From the NCBI GenBank assembly GCA_016840065.1, contig JAEOTB010000016.1, forward strand, positions 1 through 11,238: a stretch of DNA of 11,238 nt. The letters run 5' to 3'. This DNA is from Candidatus Hermodarchaeota archaeon. GTDB lineage: Archaea; Asgardarchaeota; Hermodarchaeia; Hermodarchaeales; Hermodarchaeaceae. This document shows, piece by piece, positions 1 to 5,811 of this stretch. The notes under the pieces are model-generated. The model was not told the origin of the DNA, did not search any database, and worked only from the letters and a program-made list of their open reading frames with translations. How positions within the stretch are numbered: position 1 is the stretch's first letter; the number at the start of each line of letters is the position of its first letter. Made by a program: the position numbers and the translations under genes.

Positions 1-38
1 GAGATTTGCAGTTATCCTATCTTTAGGAGAAATAAAAA

Positions 39-257
39 ATGCCCCTAACACCACCCAAAAAGCGAACGTACTGGATCTCCATCATCTTTTTCATCATTGG
101 ACTTGTCTTCTTTGTCATCGGACTCGTTGATCTCTTAGGCTACCTTGCGTTGACTGTTCTAGCAGGGCTTGGCCTCTGGTGGTTCATTTTCACCTGGCTC
201 TTCACATTCCTAGGCTGGTTCATGTTGTTTGGTGGAGTATCCTGGAAAGGCTTCTAG
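39..257 (+). CDS. Small membrane protein, 72 aa, 2 predicted TM helices, unknown function
   Basis: AGGAGA at 25-30, 8 nt before ATG39. Basic N-terminus (MPLTPPKKRT), two hydrophobic segments, ends ...GVSWKGF. Followed by a terminator-like element. Confidence 0.75.
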   Translation: MPLTPPKKRTYWISIIFFIIGLVFFVIGLVDLLGYLALTVLAGLGLWWFIFTWLFTFLGWFMLFGGVSWKGF

Positions 258-264
258 ATCGCCA

Positions 265-306
265 GGAACAGATGTTCCGGTTTCTAGAAACCCCCCTCCT
301 TTTTTT
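265..306 (+). terminator. Putative terminator: two adjacent inverted repeats followed by a T7 tract
   Basis: GGAACA-ga-TGTTCC (265-278), perfect palindrome GGTTTCTAGAAACC (279-292), then T7 at 300-306, starting 8 nt after the stop of 39..257. Confidence 0.5.
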
Positions 307-481
307 CTCCATGAGGTTGAGTGGAAATACTCTATTCATGGTTAATCTCCTTCTGGAAGCGGCTTTTAGAGGTGTCTAGCTCGGTTCTCCCTAATTGATA
401 TACACTACCGAAAGAGGATTGAACAGAAATCTAGCTTTTGTATTAGAAACGAGTACTAGGTTATATTGTAGGAGTGAACTC

Positions 482-1183
482 GTGGTGTCAGAGCAGCAGG
501 ATAAGGAGGATTTGTCGCGTAGGATTGAACGGCACATCAGTGAACTCCGTAGCCCTGACCTGGGCACTCAGAGTTCTGCTGCTTTCAATCTATGGGGCAT
601 TGGGGAGCCAGCCGTCAAGTATGTTCTAGAGCTTCTCAAGGACCCTGATGTAGAACTTAGGTTATGGGCTATATGGATTATTGACCAGATTGAAAGCCCA
701 AAGGCGGTTCTCCCCCTAATCCATATCCTCAGTCAGGACTCAGACCCGCAGGCACGAAGAGCTGCAGCTGAAACCCTAGGCCACATAGAAGACAGCCTCG
801 CTGTGCTACCCCTCATAGATGCCCTCCGACACGAGGATGCAGAAATCAGGGAAGCAGCAGCTGAAGCCTTAGGTCTGATTGGGGATGACCGAGCCGTCGA
901 ACCCCTTTGCAAACTTCTAGCAGAAGATAGAGTAGTGGGTGTCCGCCATACGGCTGCTTGTGCTCTGGGAGAATTACATGATTATCGCGCAGTTACGCCC
1001 CTAACACAAGCGCTCCAACACGACACAGGACAAACCGTGCGGAGGGACGCAGCATGGGCCCTGGGAGAAATAGGAGACCTACGGGCAAAGGAGGCCCTCC
1101 GCATGACACTCCAACAAGAGAAAGACAGAGAGGTCAAAGAAGTCATCACGGCAGCAATCGAGAAGCTCGAAGGAATCGAGTGA
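482..1183 (+). CDS. HEAT-repeat protein (PBS lyase HEAT-like/HEAT_2), paralogue 1, ~6 repeats, acidic
   Basis: Repeats of AVxPLxxxL..DxxVRxxAAxALGxIGD. Start moved from TTG395 to in-frame GTG482 (or GTG485) because AGGAGTGA lies at 470-477 and the first 29 residues do not resemble the other paralogues. Confidence 0.9.
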   Translation: MVSEQQDKEDLSRRIERHISELRSPDLGTQSSAAFNLWGIGEPAVKYVLELLKDPDVELRLWAIWIIDQIESPKAVLPLIHILSQDSDPQARRAAAETLGHIEDSLAVLPLIDALRHEDAEIREAAAEALGLIGDDRAVEPLCKLLAEDRVVGVRHTAACALGELHDYRAVTPLTQALQHDTGQTVRRDAAWALGEIGDLRAKEALRMTLQQEKDREVKEVITAAIEKLEGIE

Positions 1184-1222
1184 TGGCATCCTTTTTAGGA
1201 GAGATTGCCAAGAGGAGAGTTG

Positions 1223-1954
1223 ATGGACTCAGAACGCTCCGAGAAAGAGGATCAAGCTCAACAGGTTGACCAGCTCCTCCAAGACCTTAAGGATCCAGAC
1301 CCCAGAGTGAGGGGAAGAGCTGCCACCGCCCTTGGAATGAAACGAGACCCTCGAGCCGTCAAATCCCTCATCCCACTCATCAAGGATGAAGAAAGAAGTG
1401 TTCGTAGAAGAGCAGGGTACGCACTCCACGTCATATGCACCGAGATAGGTACAGGCTTTGACTCCACAGTCCCACTCCTTCTCCCTTACTTGGAGGATGA
1501 AGATCCGAATGTGCGTTTATGGGCTACCTTTGTCATTGAACAAAACACTTCTGGAGCTCGGAAAGCAAAAGATATCCTCTTACGCCTTCTAGATGACAAT
1601 GAGCCAGAAGTACGTGCAATGGCTGTTCGAGCCCTGACGAGTATCGATCCCCCGACTGTAGATATTGTAGACGCGTTCGTTCGACGCCTCCAAGATGAAT
1701 CCTCATTAGTCCGTGGACGGGCAGTCAGAGCCTTTGAGAAAATTGGCGAAGCATCAGTTGAGGTTGTAGACACAATCATTACCCTCCTCAAAGACTCAGA
1801 TGCTGTTGTTCGCTGGGCAGCGGCAGACGCGCTAGGTGAGCTAGGGAACCCACAGACCATTAAGTTCCTAAAAGAGGCCCTGCAAACCGAACATGAAGAA
1901 GAGGTATGGACCAGCATTCGCTGGGCTGTTGAGAAGCTAGAAGGCAAGGACTAA
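1223..1954 (+). CDS. HEAT-repeat protein, paralogue 2, 243 aa
   Basis: Repeats LKDPDPRVRGRAATALG, LDDNEPEVRAMAVRAL, LKDSDAVVRWAAADALGELG. ATG1223 has GAGGAG at 1212-1217; the ORF track start TTG1205 is in the same frame. Confidence 0.9.
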   Translation: MDSERSEKEDQAQQVDQLLQDLKDPDPRVRGRAATALGMKRDPRAVKSLIPLIKDEERSVRRRAGYALHVICTEIGTGFDSTVPLLLPYLEDEDPNVRLWATFVIEQNTSGARKAKDILLRLLDDNEPEVRAMAVRALTSIDPPTVDIVDAFVRRLQDESSLVRGRAVRAFEKIGEASVEVVDTIITLLKDSDAVVRWAAADALGELGNPQTIKFLKEALQTEHEEEVWTSIRWAVEKLEGKD

Positions 1955-2115
1955 TATCCATTCCGAGAGAAAGTCTGAACAGAAGGGATTATTTAGGTGA
2001 AAGGAAGGATATTCGATGGACCAGCTACTTATCCCTTCCTCTTAATGCTGGGTATCCTTTTAGAGGTACAACCTGCTTCTATTTTTATCATCAATAAGGG
2101 CGATGCGGAAACCAA

Positions 2116-2793
2116 ATGGAGTCCAATAATGAGGAACTGGCACAGGAGATAACTGATCAGATTCGGGCTCTCAAGGATCCGAGAACCCGTGGGTTAGCGG
2201 TCTATGAGCTAGAGCGTAGAGGGAAACCCGCAGTAAAAGCTCTCCTGAAGGCACTCCAACATGAAAAACATGGTTTAAGAATGGGCGCAGCTGAAGCCCT
2301 TGGGAAAATTGGAGATAGACGTGCTGTAACGCCACTCATCAGGTGTCTCCAAGAAGATGAGAATGACTTTGTGCGAGCAAAAGCTGCTGAAGCCCTCGGA
2401 CGGATAGGAAACCAGAGAGCAATCAACCCCCTCATACGAGCCCTAAAGGATAAGGCGGTTCGAAGAATAGCAGCCAGAGCACTGATTCGCATAGCACCCC
2501 GACGAGCGGTTAAACCTCTCCTAAAGGAGTTTAGAGGTAGAAGTCCTGAAAAGAGTCAGGCAGCAGCCGAAGCTCTAGAACTGTTAGAACTATGGGTCGT
2601 ATTAGACCTCATAAAAGCCCTCCCAAAAGAGTCTATGAGAGTGAGGTTGTGGATAACCGAATTTGTAGGGAAATTTGGGGACTGGCGAGCAATAGAACCC
2701 TTACAAAAGGCGATAGTGAAAGAAAGTGACGCTACTGTTCGAGCTGCCTTGAGGAAGGCACGTGCAAAGCTCGAAGCAGATCAAAAATGGTGA
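2116..2793 (+). CDS. HEAT-repeat protein, paralogue 3, 225 aa, strongly basic
   Basis: Repeats LRMGAAEALGKIGDRRAVTPLI and FVRAKAAEALGRIGNQRAINPLI. N- and C-terminal caps resemble those of paralogues 1 and 2. Confidence 0.9.
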   Translation: MESNNEELAQEITDQIRALKDPRTRGLAVYELERRGKPAVKALLKALQHEKHGLRMGAAEALGKIGDRRAVTPLIRCLQEDENDFVRAKAAEALGRIGNQRAINPLIRALKDKAVRRIAARALIRIAPRRAVKPLLKEFRGRSPEKSQAAAEALELLELWVVLDLIKALPKESMRVRLWITEFVGKFGDWRAIEPLQKAIVKESDATVRAALRKARAKLEADQKW

Positions 2794-2831
2794 CCCTTCT
2801 CCAGGAAGGGGCTTGCATAAACCCCCCTGGA
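2794..2831. terminator. Hairpin between convergent HEAT-3 and LRR genes (possible bidirectional terminator)
   Basis: TCCAGG-aa-GGGG (2800-2811) pairs with CCCC-CCTGGA (2822-2831). An alternative stem is CCCTTC (2794-2799)/GAAGGG (2805-2810). No T-tract. Confidence 0.35.
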
Positions 2832-3881
2832 CTAGCTTATCTGCCACAGAACTTTGCCAAGCTCCTTCAGCCAGGATAACTCCAAGGAAGCTTTCTGAAA
2901 ATCCGGGTGCGCTGTCACCACCACTCCTTTATCCAAAGAGAGATGTTTGAATTGGGGGCAGGCAAAGAGCGGAGATACATCCACCTGCTTCAACAGATTC
3001 TCTTTGAGCCAGAGGGTTTGGAGGTTGGTGCAGTGTTGGAGGGGTGACAGGTCGATCGATGTTAATTGGTTTGAGTAGAGCATGAGGGTTTGGAGGTTGG
3101 TGCAGTGTTGGAGGGGTGCTAGGTCCACCGCTGTTAACTGATTCAAATCGAGGTTGAGGTCTTTTAGGCGGGAACAGTATCTGAGGGGGGCAAGATCTAT
3201 TGAAGCTAACGGATTCCCCGCAACCCAAAGGGTTTGTAGGTTGGTGCAGTGTTGGAGGGGTGCTAGGTCCACATCTGTCAATTGGTTTACTGAGATCTCA
3301 AGTATTTGTAGGTTGGTGCAGTGTTGGAGGGCTGTGAGATCCAGGGATGTCAACTGATTCCCACCGAGCCAGAGACCCTGGAGGCTCGTACAGTGTTGAA
3401 GAGGCGATAAGTCCAGAGCCTTCAACTGATTCTCATCAAACTGCAGGGTTTTAATCCTGGTGCCCTGGAGTGGGCTGAGGTCCACCTGTGACAACAAATT
3501 CCTCTGAAGATTAAGCGTATGGAAGTCAGGACATTGTTGAAGGGGTGCAAGGTCTACTGCCGTCAACTGATTCAACCACAGCTGAATGGTGTGAAGGCGC
3601 GAGCAATGGCGGAGGGGTGACAGGTCTATGGACACAAGCTCGTTCACCTCGAGTCCAAGGTATTGGAGGTCGGGGCAGTGGCGAAGGGGAGCTAGGTCAA
3701 CCGAATTCAGGGGATTATCTGAGAGTTGAAGCTTTTGGAGACGAGGAAAGTGGCGGAGCGGAGACAAATCGATGTCCACAATCCCCATTGCTCTCAGGTA
3801 GATTTCAGTCGAGGAGGTATCAAATCCACTGCTTAGAGCTTTGCCTTGAGCCACCTGATAATGGATGTCAACGGTGGGCAC
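2832..3881 (-). CDS. Leucine-rich repeat protein, 349 aa, ~12 repeats of 24 aa, no signal peptide or TM
   Basis: Consensus LxxLxLxxNQLTxVDLxPLQHCTN. GTG start at 3881 with AGGAGGA SD (complement of 3891-3897). Confidence 0.93.
   Translation of the reverse strand: MPTVDIHYQVAQGKALSSGFDTSSTEIYLRAMGIVDIDLSPLRHFPRLQKLQLSDNPLNSVDLAPLRHCPDLQYLGLEVNELVSIDLSPLRHCSRLHTIQLWLNQLTAVDLAPLQQCPDFHTLNLQRNLLSQVDLSPLQGTRIKTLQFDENQLKALDLSPLQHCTSLQGLWLGGNQLTSLDLTALQHCTNLQILEISVNQLTDVDLAPLQHCTNLQTLWVAGNPLASIDLAPLRYCSRLKDLNLDLNQLTAVDLAPLQHCTNLQTLMLYSNQLTSIDLSPLQHCTNLQTLWLKENLLKQVDVSPLFACPQFKHLSLDKGVVVTAHPDFQKASLELSWLKELGKVLWQIS
3012..3331. repeat. 72-bp-period coding tandem repeat inside the LRR gene
   Basis: 35-bp identity between 3012-3046 and 3084-3118; 35-bp identity between 3094-3128 and 3238-3272; 27-bp identity between 3233-3259 and 3305-3331. 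Offsets are 72 or 144 bp. Confidence 0.9.
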
Positions 3882-3888
3882 GTCTTGT

Positions 3889-3915
3889 TATCCTCCTACA
3901 AGGAGGGTTAGGATA
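3889..3915 (-). promoter_or_regulatory. SD/anti-SD hairpin over the LRR gene ribosome-binding site
   Basis: Minus strand reads TATCCTAAC-CCTCCT-tgt-AGGAGG-ATAACAAGAC-GTG, giving a perfect 6-bp stem that includes the SD. Confidence 0.45.
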
Positions 3916-4028
3916 CTGGAGTATTTAGTATTTCTCATCGAGTCGAGGAAAATGAGAGAAAAGTCGAATGAAGGACAAGTTTAACTCGGTGTCTCCTTTG
4001 ACTCTGATTTCTGTCTAGGTGTGTTCCT

Positions 4029-4997
4029 TTGAAAGAAACCTTGCGGTCCTTGATTATCGCGTCCCGATCCGAGTTTCTCCCAGCCAATCTGACCCAGTTC
4101 TTCATCGGAGTCGCATGGGGCATCAACCCTGCCTTGGGAATATCTTGGGATTTGTTGGTACTGCTGCTATTTCCTTTCCTAATAATCACGCTCGCCGCAG
4201 CGTGGGGTGCTCAGGCAAACAGTTTATTCGATTATGAGCTAGATTCCAGAGACAAAAGGAAGGCAGTCCTAGTTAAAGCAATGGACCACCTAGGCCCCAG
4301 CAAAGTAAAGGGATTTATGATTTTCGAGTTCCTTCTTAGCCTGCCCCTGGTCTACCTTCTGGTAACCTACAGGGCTAATTTGACGCTTCTCCTCATATGG
4401 GGCGTAGGTTCGTTTCTCACCTTCTTCTACTCCGCGCCACCCATCCAGCTCAAGTCTCGGTCCTGGCTCCAAGTACTCGCGATTATGCTGGTGCTCTCGA
4501 TTTTTCCGCTTCTCTTCATGTTCTACACCCTCACTGCAACGTTTGATTTCATCTTCCTGTGGTTCCTCCTAGGGCACACCATGATTATCTGGAGTATCAT
4601 CGTTCCGGCTGAGATCCGTGACTACTTCGGCGACAAAGCTCTCGACGTAGAGACCGCAACCGTTCGCCTTGGTCTGGAGAAGGCCTCTCGTGCCAGCGCG
4701 GTCCTCCTAGCCGTGGGGACCCTCATCGCCGGAGAAGCCCTGTTCATTCACCTCGTCATGGAAACCCACATACTGCTCACTGTGTCCCTCCTAGCCATGG
4801 CAGCGGCTACCATCGTGATTCTACGCCATATCATTCGGCTCAACACCCTCTCGACCGAGTACGAGGCAACCAAGGACCAGAAACTCACCGAAGCGATTGT
4901 TAACCTTTCATCCAATAATCCAAAATGGATTACCCTAGTCACCCAAGCGAGTGTCCTTGTATCCATAGTACTTTTAGTTGGTAAATTCCTCTTCTAG
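4029..4997 (+). CDS. UbiA-superfamily intramembrane prenyltransferase, 322 aa (substrate uncertain; MenA-like motifs)
   Basis: First Asp-rich motif NSLFDYELD, YSAPP motif, second motif EIRDYFGD..(T)VRLG, about 8-9 hydrophobic helices. TTG start with AGGTG at 4017-4021. Confidence 0.88.
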   Translation: MKETLRSLIIASRSEFLPANLTQFFIGVAWGINPALGISWDLLVLLLFPFLIITLAAAWGAQANSLFDYELDSRDKRKAVLVKAMDHLGPSKVKGFMIFEFLLSLPLVYLLVTYRANLTLLLIWGVGSFLTFFYSAPPIQLKSRSWLQVLAIMLVLSIFPLLFMFYTLTATFDFIFLWFLLGHTMIIWSIIVPAEIRDYFGDKALDVETATVRLGLEKASRASAVLLAVGTLIAGEALFIHLVMETHILLTVSLLAMAAATIVILRHIIRLNTLSTEYEATKDQKLTEAIVNLSSNNPKWITLVTQASVLVSIVLLVGKFLF

Positions 4998-5143
4998 AAA
5001 TGCAAAGAGGCGACTCTGTTGAATCCTAAAAGAGATTCGTTACCTAAGGGTTCTCTACATGCTGGCGTCAGGCGAAGCAGTTAGACCCAAGACTACTGCA
5101 GCCAACAAGTAGAGGGACTCTCTAATCCCTCAGAGTAGGATTT

Positions 5144-5635
5144 CTACTTTGAGTGGGATTTAGCCCGCCACAACAAGAAAAGAATAACACAGAAGACAAT
5201 CACGATTATGGCAATGATACATAACCAGATGAAATCTATTGGTATCATCCAGCCTCCTTGAGTTTGGCTATCATACCAGTAGTAGCCCAGAGAGGTGCCG
5301 CTGCTATAGAGGGTGATTTCGAACCCCGCGCTGAGGAATTCTTGAGTTGTGTTCTCACCGCTTTCCAAATATATAATCAAAGGGTCTTGGAACTCTCTTG
5401 TGAGGTTCACTTGAAGATAGTCTGTAGTTTCATTACAAGCGACGAAGAGGGTGAAATTAATGGAAGTATCCAGGATATAGAAATAATCTATAATGGTCAG
5501 CGTCTCATCGGAGAGTGTGTAGGGTGCTCTGTAGGACCATCCATTGGGGAATGGTTGTTCTAGATTTGTATACCCGGCTGCCCCAGTACCTACTATTCCA
5601 CTTAGAATAAGTGAACCAATAAAGAGCAAGCCCAA
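5144..5635 (-). CDS. Small type-I membrane/surface protein (signal peptide, ~100-aa beta-rich ectodomain, C-terminal TM and basic tail); true start may be ATT5656
   Basis: Hydrophobic N-terminus ending GTGAA, sequons NFT/NET/NLT/NTT, TM IWLCIIAIIVIVFCVILFLL followed by WRAKSHSK. Confidence 0.8.
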   Translation of the reverse strand: MGLLFIGSLILSGIVGTGAAGYTNLEQPFPNGWSYRAPYTLSDETLTIIDYFYILDTSINFTLFVACNETTDYLQVNLTREFQDPLIIYLESGENTTQEFLSAGFEITLYSSGTSLGYYWYDSQTQGGWMIPIDFIWLCIIAIIVIVFCVILFLLWRAKSHSK

Positions 5636-5694
5636 CAGTGATAATCTTTTATGAATTTCTTCCGCCCCCGAAGACTCAAATGGTAACTTGGGAG

Positions 5695-5718
5695 AATATT
5701 GGTGTCTCCATCAATATT
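5695..5718. promoter_or_regulatory. Inverted repeat, candidate operator upstream of 5144..5635
   Basis: AATATTGGTG-tctc-CATCAATATT: 10-bp arms with 9/10 complementarity and a 4-bp spacer. Confidence 0.4.
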
Positions 5719-5811
5719 AGCTGAAGAACGCAGCCCTAAAAACATTAGTTACCGAGTGCGTCAGCGTTCAGCAGGCTTCCAAACTACGCTGTCACGCTGG
5801 ACGAAGCTGGT

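Noticed and set aside
179-481. ORF 179..379 and the N-terminal extension 395..481 of HEAT-1
   Set aside because: 179..379 overlaps the microprotein and crosses its terminator. The HEAT-1 extension lacks an SD, whereas GTG482/485 has one.
1054-2492. Alternative ORFs 1054..1269(+), 1229..1429(-), 1258..1467(-), 1486..1947(-), 2202..2492(-)
   Set aside because: They overlap well-supported HEAT genes and have Ser/Arg/Ala-rich shadow-frame composition with no recognisable motifs.
482-2793. Calling the HEAT proteins CpcE/CpcF phycobilin lyases or deoxyhypusine hydroxylase
   Set aside because: No phycobiliprotein context, and the repeated metal-binding HE motifs of DOHH are absent (e.g. VRHTAA rather than VRHEAA). 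Only the generic repeat is supported.
3012-3331. CRISPR-like pattern of ~35-bp repeats with ~37-bp variable spacers
   Set aside because: The period is exactly 72 bp (24 codons) inside an intact LRR ORF, the 'spacers' are homologous at protein level, the repeats are not palindromic, and there are no cas genes.
2762-4237. ORFs 2762..2950, 2929..3228, 3154..3357, 3545..3928, 3935..4189, 4019..4237
   Set aside because: Off-frame or antisense to the LRR and UbiA genes; their internal repeats simply reflect the LRR DNA repeat.
4998-5143. tRNA, hammerhead ribozyme or SECIS identity for the structured intergenic region
   Set aside because: No cloverleaf or TTCGA T-loop, no CUGANGA/GAAA hammerhead core, and no in-frame TGA selenoprotein candidate in the flanking genes.
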